DNA of 64,000 nucleotides from Felis catus. Its lineage: Eukaryota. The stretch covers positions 23,996,001 to 24,060,000 of the forward strand of contig NC_058369.1 of NCBI RefSeq assembly GCF_018350175.1, read 5' to 3'. Positions 52,366 to 64,000 of the stretch are shown in pieces. The first letter of the stretch is position 1, and the number at the start of each line of letters is the position of its first letter. The translations under genes and the position numbers were made by a program. Under the pieces are notes generated by a model that saw only the letters and a list, made by a program, of their open reading frames with translations, searched no databases and was not told where the DNA came from.

Positions 52366-52399
52366 GGATGCTTAACTGACTGAGCCACCCCGGTGCCCC
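52366..52399 (-). mobile_element. Can-SINE head only (34 bp)
   Basis: ggatgcttaactgactgagccaccccggtgcccc with no body or tail. Confidence 0.85.
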
Positions 52400-53195
52400 A
52401 GACTAAATTTTTAAATCAATTTTTATGACCAAATCACACACTCTTACAAAACTTGAAGTTAATAAAACTGTCAAAATTTTGACGGATTTCTTAACTTCAC
52501 TCAGTTTTCTAGAGAAAAATGGTATGAATAAAGAAGATATTTACATGTATTCCTGTCAAATAATGACAGCTATGTCCCTCAATGCAGCTTTTTTTTTCTA
52601 TTGAATTCTGTGGCTTTTGGAAATAAGATGAGGGAAGAGGGGGGATGCTAGTTGTCTGAATTAAGATTCTAAAGGGTCCTCATGTGCAAAATTCAGTTTT
52701 CTGTTCTCAATTTCCCTATATCTTTACATAGATGCTCCTCTGTTTTCCAAAGCATCTTAATAGCACATGCTAAATGTACAGAAAGATAAACATTCCAACA
52801 CAGCTCTACATGGCAGGGCCCCCCACCCAGGCTGCTATTCATCATGGAGTTGTAAGTCTTGGGAGCACTTATTCTCGTCTTCCTCAGAGTGGCACAGATA
52901 CTCAAGAAGTCAGGGAGACATTGGCCCCCAAATTCAATAAACCATCACTTCTTTGACAAATTAGGACATGAAAATGTTTAGAACATGGCTGCTGGGCTGT
53001 TGATTTTCACTTAAGCCATGTATTTTACAGTACCTAGTGCAAATATGTATAAAAATTAAATTCACCACCCTGTTATTCAAAAGGATATCGTTGGCTATGA
53101 AGTTCTAGGATCACAATCCAGTATTAGGAGCTCATACCAGGACCATTTGTCTATCCACACAACCAAAGTATAAAGTCCCCAGTGAGCTCTCTTAC

Positions 53196-53286
53196 AAGTC
53201 AGTTGGCATCCATGCTTCAAATTACAGAGGTTTTGTGGTAAGGAATTAGCTGGAACAACTGCTGGCCCCATTTTTGATCCCTCAAA
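53196..53286 (-). other. Candidate 91-nt exon (phase-0 frame FEGSKMGPAVVPANSLPQNLCNLKHGCQLT)
   Basis: catttcccctgcag| acceptor, CTT|gtaaga donor, unique sequence. Confidence 0.4.
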
Positions 53287-54008
53287 CTGCAGGGGAAATG
53301 CATGTACAAACCTTTTCAACACATTTTCAGATACACCAAATATGTTACAATCAAGGTTATCTCAGGAAGAAGAAAACAGTTCTGCTAATTCTTAAGCCTA
53401 GTGTCAAAGGGACTGGGAAGGTTTCCACAGAAAGAGCAAAGATTTCACACTGAATAATCCATGATGACAAGATTTTAAGGAGATAAATCCTTCTACTCAC
53501 AAAGTATATGTAACTCACTTGCATGTCTGCAAATCATCAGGCAACTACTGTACATTTTTAAAATCTGTCTTGATAGTCTTCTGTTCACGCATGCATTTTC
53601 ATATTCTGACATGTGCAAACATTTTCACTCCTTTTTTTTTGGCTATACACACAACTCATACCCTACAGAAAAACTGAGAAGATATAGGTAAGAAAAATAA
53701 AAGTAGAAAATTGATCTCATCAATTAAAAATAATTAACTTTTAGACACTGGTAAATATTCCTCCAAATATCTATTTTTCTCTTATGCACTCATTTTTCCC
53801 TCCCCTCTCCTCTATACCACAACACACAGACATAAACATCTTAAAATCATGCACACTATACATATTAACCTGACTTTTTTCAGTTAGTGATATATGTAGA
53901 ATCTTTTAATGAAAGTAAATGCATATCTGTATTATCCCTATTAACAGCTATTATTGATTTCCACTATGAATAAGGGTAAACATACGTTTGTGTGCAAATA
54001 CACCATTG

Positions 54009-56308
54009 TAGGCATACCTTAGAGGTACTGTGGGTTCAGTTCCAGACCACCTCCATAAAGCAAATATCACAATAAAGTGAGTCAAATGTGCATATAAAAT
54101 TTATGTTTACATTATATATAGTTTATTAAGTGTGTGCAATAGTAGCATGTCTAAAAAATGTACATACCTTAATTTAAAAATATTTTATTGCTAAAAAATG
54201 CTAACCATCATCTGAGCTTTCAGCAAGTTGTTCACTGATCAGGGCTGTGGCTGCTGAAGGTTAAGGGAGGCTGTGACAATTTCTTTAAATAGTGAAGACA
54301 ACAGTGAAGTTTGCTGCATTGAGTGACTCTTGCTTTCATAAATGATTTCTCTGTAGCATGTGATGCTGTTTGATAGTATTTTACCCACAGTAGAACTTCT
54401 TTCAAAATTGGAGTCAATCTTTTCAAATCCTGCTGCTGCTTTATCAACTAAGTTTATGTAATATTACAAATCCATTGTTGTTATTTCAAAAATCATCACA
54501 GCATCTTCACCTGGAATAGATTCCAGCTCAAGAAATAAATCACTTTATTCGTTCATCCCTAAGTAGCAACTCCTCATCCATTCAAGTTTTATAAGACTGC
54601 AGCAATTCAGTCCTATCTTCAGCCTCCACTTCTAATTCTAGTTTTCTTGTTGTTGCTACCACATCTGCAGTGACTTCCTCCACTGAAGTTGAACCCCTTA
54701 AAGTCCTCCATGAGAGTTGGAATCAACTCCTTCCAAAGTTCTCATGATATTTTGACCTTTCCCCATGAATCATGAATGCTCTTAATGGCCTCTATAATGG
54801 TGAATCCTTTCCAGAGGTTTTCAACTTACTTTATCTGAATCCATCAGAAGAACCACTGTCTATGGCAGCTCTAACCTTATAAAATGTATTTCTTAAATAA
54901 TAAGACTTGAAAGTCAAATTTTCTCCCTGATTCATGGGTTGAAGAATGGATGTTGTGTTAGCCAGTATGAAAGAAACATTAGTCTCATTGTACATCTCCA
55001 TCAGAGCTCTTGGATGCCCAGGTGCATTGTCAGTGAACAGTAATATTTTGAAAGGAACATTTTTTTCTAAACAGTATGTCTCAACAGTAGGCTTAAACTA
55101 CTCAATAACCATGCTGAAATAGCTTTGCTGTCATCCAGGCTTTGTTGTTCCATTTATACAGCATTGGCAGAGTACATTTATTATAATTCTTAAGGTAAAT
55201 GAGCACTGGCTTCATCTTAAAATCATCAGCTGCACTAGCCTCTAACAAGTGAGTCAAGCTCTTTGATGCTTTGAAGCTAGGTATTGATTTCTCTCTAGCT
55301 ATGAAAGTTCTAGATAGCATCTTCTTCCCATATAAGGCTATTTTGTCTACATTGAAGATCTATTGTTTAGTGTAGGCACCTTCATGAATTATCTTAGCTA
55401 GGCCTTCTGGAGAACTTGCTGTAGCTTCTACATCAGCAGTTGTTGCTTCATCTTGCACTTTTATGTTATATATATGGCTCCTTTCCTTAAATTTCATGAA
55501 CCAACGTCTGCTAGCTTTAAACTTCTGCAGCTTCCCTGCCTCTCTCAGGCTTTATAGAACTGAAGAGAGTTACAGCCTTACTCTGGGTTAGGCTTTGGCT
55601 AGAGGGGATGTTGTGGCTGATTTGATCTTCTACCCAGACCACTCAAACTTTCTCCCTATCAGCAACAGAGCTATTCCACTCTCTAAGCATTAGTGTGTTC
55701 ACTGGAGTAGCACTTTTAATTTCCTTTAAGAACTTTTCCTCTGCATCCACGGCATGGCTAACTGGCCCAAAAGGCCTAGCATTTGGCCTATCTCAGTTTT
55801 TAACATGCCCTTCTTGCTAAGCCTACTCATTTCTAGCTTTTGATTTAAAGTGAGCAGCATGCAAGTCTTCCTTTCATTTAAACACTCAGAGGCTGTTGTA
55901 GGCTTATTAACTGGCCTAACTTCAATATTCTTGTGTCTCAGGGAATAGGGAAGTCCCAGGAAAGGGATACAGGGGCATGAATGGCCAGTCAGTAGAGCTG
56001 TCAGAACACACAATATTATCAATTAAGTTCACCATCTTATATGGGTGTGCTTCCTGGCACCCCAAAACAATTCCAATAGTAATATCTGATTACAGATCAC
56101 CAGAACAAGTACAATAATGATAACAAGTTTGAAATATTGCAAGAATGACCATGAAAATGTGACACAGAGACATAAATGAGCAAATGCTGTTGGAAAAATG
56201 GCACCATAGACTTGCTGGACATGGGGCTGCCACAAACCTTCAATGTGTAAAAACTGCAGTATCTGTGAAGTGCAATACAATAAAATGCAATAAAACAAAA
56301 TGTGCCTG
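54009..56308 (-). mobile_element. Near-full-length Tigger1 (pogo) DNA transposon with a disrupted transposase
   Basis: Both TIRs (taggcatacc... / ...tgtgcctg then TA); peptides LTLNQKLEMSRLSKKGMLKTEIG and [18 protein letters not shown]...[15 protein letters not shown] match Tigger1/TIGD1 transposase. Confidence 0.95.
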
Positions 56309-56418
56309 TATTGAATGTGCCCCACTGTTGGACAAATGGGATGACCCTTTTCCTTTTCTCACTTTCATAAACGATTCTTTAATAAATATGGGCATCCATG
56401 TACCTAGATCTCGACATA

Positions 56419-56509
56419 TTGTTTCCACAGGCTAAATTCCATAGGCTGAATTCCTAAAAGAATGGTCACAGTTGTTTCCATAGGCTAAATTCCTAAAAGA
56501 ATAGTCACA
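56419..56509. repeat. Compound tandem duplication
   Basis: ttgtttcca(c/t)aggctaaattcc...taaaagaat(g/a)gtcaca twice; the first copy has an extra internal 14-bp repeat. Confidence 0.85.
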
Positions 56510-56649
56510 CCAAAGAAAAGAAATATTTTAAGGCTTAAGAAGCTTATAATTCCTGCACTAGGATGAGTATTGTTGAGAGCTGTTTAACAGAACTCTGTGA
56601 CCTGGAAATGTCCCACAGCAGTACTATCTGCACCGTAGCCACTAACCAC

Positions 56650-56791
56650 TTGCAGGATGTTAAGTAGCATTTCTCTGCCCACTACATATAAGTGGCATCA
56701 CTCCATCCCTCTGATGTAACAATCTAAAATGTCTCCAGACATTGCTAAAGGGCCCTTGTTGGGCAAAATCATTCCCAGTTAAGAACCGCTC
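56650..56791 (-). mobile_element. MER20 fragment
   Basis: aaaatgtctccagacattgctaaagggccc...ggcaaaatcattcccagttaagaaccgct. Confidence 0.8.
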
Positions 56792-57322
56792 ATATAGGTA
56801 CAAAGTCATTTGACTCAACGTTGTCATAGATTGTTCTCCAAAAGGGCTACACCCATTAAAACTCACACCAGCAGCACAAGAGATGTCATACTAGAGATGT
56901 ATATATCTTCATACACCAACTCTCACCTTTCCAATTTTGACCAGTCTAATGAATATAAAGTAATATCTCACTGTTGTTTTAGTTTGTTTTTCCCTAAACA
57001 GTTGCAAGTTTGAGCATCTCTAACTAGACCTGATCACTTGTATTTCTTCTTCTGAGAAGTGCCTATTCACAACTTTTATTTTTTTCTATTGAGTTATCTA
57101 TTGTTTGGTGACCTGCTAATATTCTCTATACATTCTAGATATTAATTCCTAATCAGTTTTTGACATTATAAATATCTTCTTTCAACCCATCATCTAGTTT
57201 TAAACTGTGTTTATCATATACTTCCTGGGATAAAAATCCTAGATTGTGATGGAATAAAGTGATTTTATTTTTTCATGCCATGTTTTGTGCTTTTGGGATT
57301 TTCATTAAGAAGACTTTCCTTA

Positions 57323-57440
57323 GGGGTGCCTGGGTGGCTCAGTTGAGCATCTGAATCTCGATTTGGGCTCAGATCATGATCTCATATTTCGTGAGACTGA
57401 GCTCCACATCGAACTCTGCTGACAGTGCAGAGCCTGCTTG

Positions 57441-57495
<55 letters not shown>

Positions 57496-57544
57496 TTGCC
57501 TCCACATGGGCTTTTTCAAAATAATAAATAAACATTAAAAAAAG
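57323..57544 (+). mobile_element. Can-SINE
   Basis: TSD agaagactttcctta / agaagactctcctta. Confidence 0.95.
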
Positions 57545-58209
57545 AGAAGACTCTCCTTATTCTTAGGTCTCAAAAAGATTGTTACAAATTATCTTCTGTT
57601 AAGCTTTAATGTTTTGCCTTTCTCATTTGGCATTTTAATCCAGGTGATACACTTTTGCATGTGGGGCCAAGTAAGGACCCAGTTTTGCTTTTTCCATATA
57701 GTGATCCTATTTAGTTTACAACTATTACAAAGTGGCTGACTATCCTCTCTTCACCACTTTGGGTATCACCTTCATTATATATCAAGTTCCCAAATATCCA
57801 CAAATTCCTTTACCTTTCTGAACTGTTTTCTTTATCCATAAAATGGGAATGAAATTCATCCCTCCTGGAATTGTTGTATTAAAAGGGATGCAAAAAATGT
57901 AAAACATGGGGTCCAGAGCACAGCACAAAGGATGCACTCTAGACAAGGCAGTGCTTGTGATCATCTCTGGTTGGAACCCTTGCCTTAGGAGCTCACCATT
58001 TATTTTACCTCATGAAATTAACATAAGAAACAAAGACAAGGGTGGGATGGTGTTCTGTGCCCTCTATGTGCAGAGAGACTCCAGGAGAGACTCATGAGGC
58101 TGCAGTGATCAGAGGGGGCAACTGTGGGCCACTGGATAAGACCGAGAGACGGCTCACTTATTGTCATGACATCTGGCTAAACAGAGGAAGAGATGTTCAA
58201 CCTCAAAAC

Positions 58210-58960
58210 AGGAATACGGAATTCGAGACCCCAAGAAGATACCATTTCACATTATTCCACCTGAAAAATTAAGAAGTTGTACATATCAAACGTTGGCAAC
58301 TATTTGGATCTCCATGGGATCTCATACATGCCTGGGGGGAGTATAAACTGGTGTAGTGACTTCTGACAGCAGCTGAGAATTTGTCACATACCCTATGATC
58401 CAGTGATCACATTCCTAAGCATATAACCAGGAGAAATTATTGTATGTGAGTAGGTTTACTTAAGCCCTGCTTGTAGGGAGAAGAAAAACTGGAAGTAGTG
58501 CTAAGTGCCATTGACAGGAAAATGGAAAAATAAATTGTAGAGTGCTCACACAGTGGAATATAATGCAGCAGCAAAATTAATAACTATGGATACTATGGAT
58601 AGTTTTGAGTAATATCGTATTGGCTGGGAAAAATCAAGTCCCAGAAGATCACACACAGTATGCTATCTTTTTTATAATGTTAAGAAAATAAAACCAAATT
58701 ACAGTTTAAATATTCATACATATGTGATTGACTAAAGTATGGTGATAGTGAACACAAAATCTAGGGTTATGGGCATATATTAGAGAAAGGCTATGGGCTA
58801 GGAATGGGGAAACCCATACAGACATACAGTTATAATTCATGATCTGATGATTCCTGGTGTAAGTATTAAGTCCATATACGTATACATGTGTGTGCATGTA
58901 TGTGTATGCATGTATCTTGCATGTTGTATGTACCAATGATGGTAGTATGTCATGAATCAA
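58210..58960 (+). mobile_element. Old L1ME 3' region
   Basis: agataccatttcac...gggagtataaactggtgtag...cataccctatgatccag...cagtggaatataatgcagcag. Confidence 0.8.
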
Positions 58961-59009
58961 GAATCCTGGTTAAATCAATTTTATAATCTGAAATCCATTA
59001 AAATACATA

Positions 59010-59230
59010 TGAATGAATGTCAGGCACTATGTTAAACACCTTACGCTTTCTCATTTAAATTCTCACAACAGTCAAACAAGGTAAGTACATTTTTATCCCC
59101 ATTTTACAGATTAGGCAATTGAGGCTCAGACAAAACATGTACCTTGCCAACATTCTATGGGAAGTGAGTGTCAGGATTTACACCAAGGCAATTGGACTCC
59201 AGAGCCACGATTTTCTAAACTGCTATGCCA
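59010..59230 (-). mobile_element. MIR SINE
   Basis: ttatccccattttacagattaggcaattgaggctcaga...gactccagagcc. Confidence 0.85.
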
Positions 59231-59257
59231 CAGCCTTCTCAGACTCTTTATTGGTTA

Positions 59258-59451
59258 CCTGCACTATCCAATATTGTTCTTACTAGCCACATATGGCTAT
59301 CTGAATTGAAATTAAAGGAAATTTTCAATTCCATTTCATGTTGCACTTGTCATATTTCAAGTGCTCAACAGCCACATAGAGCTAGTGGCCAGCCTCCTGG
59401 AGAGTGAGATGGGGAATGCATCATCACAGAAAGTTCCATTGGACAGCCCTG
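59258..59451. mobile_element. MER3 hAT-Charlie MITE
   Basis: actagccacatatggcta...catatttcaagtgctcaacagccacat...catcacagaaagttccattggacagccctg. Confidence 0.85.
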
Positions 59452-59935
59452 GCTTAGATGGTTGCAGACCCAGGAACATAGCTCAAGTTGACTTATCTCT
59501 GGTTCAGTCCTTTTCCCACTACTCCACACTTCTTCCCAAATGCAGCTTTCTGATGTTGACACCCCTTACAGAATCTCAACAGCTCAGGAAGGTTCTTAGA
59601 TATCCACCCTGCTCTGAGCTAAAAGGGCACCAGGGGATCTGGGACTGCCTGATGAGGTGGCCAGCTTTTAAAACTAGCCTTGCGCTCTACACTGACCATT
59701 TTTCTGAAAAAATGAGAAACTAAAACTTATGAAACACAGAAATGTTCAGCATGTGTAAATAGTTACATAAGAGAAAATAAAAACTTGCTACAACACCTTC
59801 AAAGAGCTGGCCTTATTATAAACACCAAATTTTTATCATTCCTTCAAAATTATTTCTCCTATTAAATGCAAGTTCTTCCATCAAAGCCACATTTGCTCGT
59901 TTAGTCAACCGCTCTCCTAGCCCTGGGCAACATAC

Positions 59936-60132
59936 GCTTTTCCATTTCTTCTCATGTAACCCTCTTGGCTACTGTGAATGCTACAAAACCCACTTCAAAG
60001 CATGTGAGAGGCGGGAACAGGATCTACAAGGCCAAGAAGAAAAGCTTCCAGGGATGGGATAAGATAATGAATTTTGTAGAGCTAGATGAAAGCATTTATG
60101 AATATCTTTGCAAATGCATCAGCACAGGCAAA
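59936..60132 (-). other. Candidate 197-nt exon with stops in all three frames
   Basis: Very strong acceptor cttttatttttgtttttcattccgtttcttctgcag|TTTGCCTGTGCTGA; possible donor AGC|gtatgt. Confidence 0.4.
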
Positions 60133-60476
60133 CTGCAGAAGAAACGGAATGAAAAACAAAAATAAAAGTATGTCTTTGGCATTCCAAATGCCCTTCCCAG
60201 ATACCTGATTATTTGAGTGCCTTAAAATTCATGAAGATACAAGTTACAAAAATGCCCTTTGGTTATTAGATATGAATCATCAAATCTTCAAGATCACTTC
60301 TCCTTCTGATTCGATTCTCCTGACAATCCAGCAAGGTGCACAAGGCTGCATGTTCATCTCGCAGGTAAGAAAAACACAATTAGGTTTGCAAATTGGCAGA
60401 GATACAGGATCAAACAAAGATTTCTTGCTGCCAATTCTGATGAGTTTTTGCTATACTCAAGCTGCATTTTACTTTA

Positions 60477-60507
<31 letters not shown>

Positions 60508-60954
60508 GCATTTTGAAATATCAATCAGATTCTCTTCTCTTTCAGTTTAAGCCCACCGTGGCCAGGCTTAAGTAAACAAAGCCTTTGAAATCCATAGCTA
60601 GGGCATGAAATAACTACAAAAATATAAGAACTGGCTGATGTGGTCAACCTTTCTATGAAAGGAGTTACATAGCAGATGACAAATTGTAAGATATATGTGG
60701 GCTGGTACATGTGGGCTACTTATTTATAGGCTTACATCAAAGTTGGGTGGATATATGGCCCTACTCCCCTTTCCCTGTGTCCCACGTGAGAACATTTTTC
60801 CTGGCCCTCTCCTCTCTATCAAACACACAAGCATACAGCCCATGCTAAGACTGTATGGGATCAGTGGACCCCATGCAATGACAGCAAGTCATCTAACACA
60901 GGCGTGGTGTCTGTCAAGAGGTCTGCTCTGCCCTGTGCACCTCTATCTGCTTCA

Positions 60955-61200
60955 ATCCTTCTAATCCGAGAGGTCTACGTTCTGCAGGTGTCACTTTATC
61001 CAGAAGCCTCCCTTAGCTCCTCAGCACTACTGACCCTTTCCATAGCAGCTGCCCACTCTCACTGGGAAGGTTCATTCTGTTCTAAACCCCTGTTTAGTCT
61101 GTCTTTGACACTAAGACTATGAGCTCCTGGTTGGCAGGTTCTTCAAGTGCTGGATCTGGGTTTAACACAGAGTAGCCACCAGTAATGTTTGCTGAACAAC
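60955..61200 (+). mobile_element. L2 LINE 3' end
   Basis: tgtcactttatccagaagcctccct...ctaagactatgagctcctgg...aatgtttgctgaa. Confidence 0.7.
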
Positions 61201-61344
61201 TACTCACTGAAGTAATGTTTGTTTGTCCGTGTCATGGATACACGAACAAATGATCTAACAAGTAGTTCCAGCTTTAATCAGGGTTCCAATATGGCAGGGA
61301 TGTCCTCGTAGGTATTTGCTTAAGACACTTGCTCTCTTAGTGGG

Positions 61345-62070
61345 TGTGACAGGCAGACTTTTTGGTTCCCTGGTATCAGATCATGAATATGTTCATGATC
61401 CGGCATAAAAACTTTACAGGTGTAATTAAGTTGACTTGACTCTAAAAGAGGCAGATTATCCTGGATTATCACAATGGGCCCAATGTAGTAATTTGAGCCC
61501 TTAAAAGCAGAAAAAGAATTCAGAAGAGGAAATCAGAAAGATTCAAAACATAAGAGTTTGACCTGCCATTGTTGGCTTGAAGATGGGGGGAGCTATATGA
61601 AAAGCATGAGAAGGAAGTTAATTCTGCCAAAACCCCAGGAGCTTGGCAGAGGAGTCTGAACCCCAGATAAGAACTGCAGCCGCAACTGATATCTTTTTTT
61701 TTAATGTTTATTTTTGAAAGAGATAGAGAGAAAGGGACAGAGTGTGAGCAGGGCAGGAGCAAAGAGAGAGGGAGACACAGAATCAGAAGCAGGCTCCAGG
61801 CTCCGAACTCTCAGCACAGACCCCAATGTGGGGCTCGAAGTCACAAACTGCAAGATAATGACCTGAGCCAAAGGTGGATGCTTAATTTACTAAGCCACCC
61901 AGGCACCCCAACAGATATTTTGATGTTAGCCTGGTGAGACCCTGGGCAGAGAATCCTACTGCGCTGTGCCAGAATTCTAACATGTAAAAACTGTGAGATA
62001 ATAAAGGTGTGATGTTTTAAGCTGCTACATTTGTGGTCATTTGTTATGGCAACAATAGAAAACTAATACA
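61345..62070 (+). mobile_element. MLT1D/E solo LTR interrupted by a SINE
   Basis: tgtgacaggcaga...agattatcctggattatc...ggcttgaagatgg...tttgttatggcaacaatagaaaactaataca. Confidence 0.9.
61695..61909 (-). mobile_element. Can-SINE inside MLT1
   Basis: TSD aactgatatct / aacagatattt. Confidence 0.95.
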
Positions 62071-62580
62071 GGGGCTTTCTCTAGAAGCAGAAGACCCTCA
62101 GACAGAATTTGACTTCAAGGTTTTTTTTTTTCTTTTTAAGTTTCCTTATTTTGAAAGAGAGAGCATGAGAAGGGGAAGGGCAGAGAGAGAGAGGTAGAGA
62201 GAGTGAGAATCCCATGCAGGCTTGCAGAGCCCCAGATAGGGCTCAAACTCATGAACTGTGAGATCATGACCTGAGCCAAAACTAACATTCAGACACTCAA
62301 CCAACTGAGCCACCCAGGTGCCCCTGACTCCAAGTTTTTAGCTAGGGAGGTAATCACTAAAGAGTGGTGTATTGGAAAGCCAATACAATCCAGTTACCAC
62401 TGGGGGAACAGGGGCTCAGTCCTTCTGGGGACCTCTAGGAAACCTACAGAATCAGCTTTAGTTATCCTCTCTGAGGGTAGGTAACCAGAGCTCTGATCCA
62501 CCTGCTCTCACCTGCCATTGGTGAGACCTGTTCTCAGGGGCATTAATTCTCTAGCACCTCTGGACTTTCTATAGTTCCTT
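62071..62580 (-). mobile_element. LTR16-like ERVL LTR interrupted by a SINE
   Basis: ctagaagcagaagaccctcagaca...cagttaccactgggggaac...ccattggtgagacctgttc. Confidence 0.65.
62121..62324 (-). mobile_element. Can-SINE
   Basis: TSD tgacttcaag / tgactccaag. Confidence 0.94.
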
Positions 62581-62614
62581 CTGCCTTGCAGTCTCTACTC
62601 TAAAAGAGGAAAGC

Positions 62615-62834
62615 GAGGCACCTGGGTGGCTCAGTCAGTTGGGCATCTGACTTCGGCTCAGGTCATGATCTCGCAGTCCGTGAGTTTGAGCCCCGTTTCA
62701 GGCTCTGTGCTGACAGCTCAGAGCCTGGAGCCTGCTTTGGATTCTGTGTCTCCCTCTCTCTCTGCCCCTCCCCTGGTCATGCTCTGTCTCTCTCTGCCTC
62801 AAAAATAAGTAAGAACATTAAAAAAATTAATTTT
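62615..62834 (+). mobile_element. Can-SINE (SINEC_Fc2-like)
   Basis: Typical body; TSD aaagaggaaagc / aaggaggaaagc. Confidence 0.95.
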
Positions 62835-63774
62835 AAAGGAGGAAAGCAATTCTGATAAATGAACTTCTCGAAAAGCAGTACAAGCTGGGGTTGCTATGCA
62901 CTTAAAGGAGGACTTACAGAAAATGGGAGATATTTAACCTTCTCAACAGTAAATCTCAAAAGAAGAAATTTTAGTATTATACCTATAGGAGAGGCTTTCT
63001 CAGCCTCCTTACTACAACTCCCTACTATGTCCACTGGCAAGGCTTATCTGTCCTGAATCCTTCTGCCAAGTGAGCATTTACCAATGACACAGCTTTATGA
63101 ACACAGATGTGAGCCTTATCAGTACTGTGCTCTGTGTGGCCTCTCTCCATACCATTGTGCACATCTTTAACCACTTTGGACTTCCCAAATGAAAGCCACA
63201 TTATAAATACAGGCATTGTTCTCATTCCCTAGTAATAATGGTAAGAAGTCCAAAAACAAAGACTGAAATCTAGTGCTTGGGGACAGTCTGAGGACGCAAG
63301 AGACCCAGGGAGGAACTGGTTTTTCAGCAGAGGCATAATTACCTCTCTGTCAGATACAATCTCACTCCCCACATGATTTCCATTATTTCAAGACAATTTA
63401 AATCCCACCTTTCCTCAGACAAAAGGCTGCGATTGCAAAACAAGGAGCTTCTTACAGCAAGAATGAGTGGTATTGTTCTACGGAACACATTGTATCAGAA
63501 AATAGTACCTTAAGCAAGCAGAGCTGGCCAGGTGGGAATTCCTTATACAAACTGTGAAAGGGACTTGAAAACATTTGCTGGTGTGCAGTGTATGTGGTAC
63601 GGCGGAGACACTTGCTTCTTGCATGTGGCAGGGCTCTAGAATATCACGGTGGAGCTAAAGTTCAGGCATCACTTAACACTGGATGCTTCAAGTCCCACTT
63701 CTCAAAGACAAGGTTTGTATGACACGAGGGGTCCAGTACACTGGTGCCCAGTACATTCTGTTTTTTGTTCTCTA

Positions 63775-63945
63775 GGCCCTGAGCTAGGCATCATTTATGT
63801 AATATTCACAACCATATTCTGCTATTATTACTACCCCCATTTTATAGATGAGGAAAGTGAGGCTCTGAAAGGTTAGCTCATTTACCTGAACTAAAGTCAC
63901 AAAGAGCTAAGATCTGAACCCCAGGTCTGACCTGCTACTTTGGTC
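63775..63945 (-). mobile_element. MIR SINE
   Basis: ccccattttatagatgaggaaagtgaggctctga...gatctgaaccccaggtctgac. Confidence 0.85.
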
Positions 63946-64000
63946 CCTGCTTCAAACATCTCCCAACTTTCTGTGTTTCACACAGTGCCAGGCACCAAAT

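Larger units (their letters stand above)
53630..57790 (-). mobile_element. Old L1M hosting Tigger1, MER20 and a SINE
   Basis: gattgttctccaaaagggctacacc...cacaccagcagc...aatctcactgttgttttagtttg...gagaagtgcctattca. Confidence 0.75.

Noticed and set aside
54232..56022. Domesticated TIGD1 gene
   Set aside because: The transposase is broken into short pieces by stops and frameshifts
11621..62808. Recurrent ORFs such as MAQSVKRPTSAQVMIS... and MSNFGSGHDF...
   Set aside because: They are translations of Can-SINE copies, not a gene family
1..64000. Prokaryotic system (CRISPR array, operon, defence island, retron)
   Set aside because: The sequence is mammalian: SINE/LINE-rich, CpG-depleted, no long ORFs, no repeat-spacer arrays

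Overview
Mammalian genomic DNA, almost certainly a cat or other felid: it carries about 19 tRNA-derived Can-SINEs, three of them young, CpG-rich SINEC_Fc copies with perfect target-site duplications. Much of the window is recognisable transposon debris: MIR, L2, L3/CR1, old L1M, MLT1 and LTR16 LTRs, an ERVL integrase fossil, a near-full-length Tigger1, and MER3/5/20/53/58/63 and MADE2 MITEs. There is no prokaryotic system, CRISPR array, rRNA, true tRNA gene or CpG island, and no ORF in the track is a recognisable intact gene. The main non-repeat signal is a chain of candidate minus-strand exons (60132-59936, 53286-53196, 50392-50360, 49429-~48260, 35711-35445, 10183-~4715). It looks like the 3' end of a gene with alternative last exons and a ~5.5 kb repeat-poor 3' UTR, or a multi-exon lncRNA. 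I could not identify the gene, and the model is inferred from splice and polyA motifs only. There is also a possible spliced antisense (+) transcript near 14.4-14.9 kb. Repeat names come from recalled consensus sequences, not a database search; boundaries are approximate unless a TSD or TIR is quoted.
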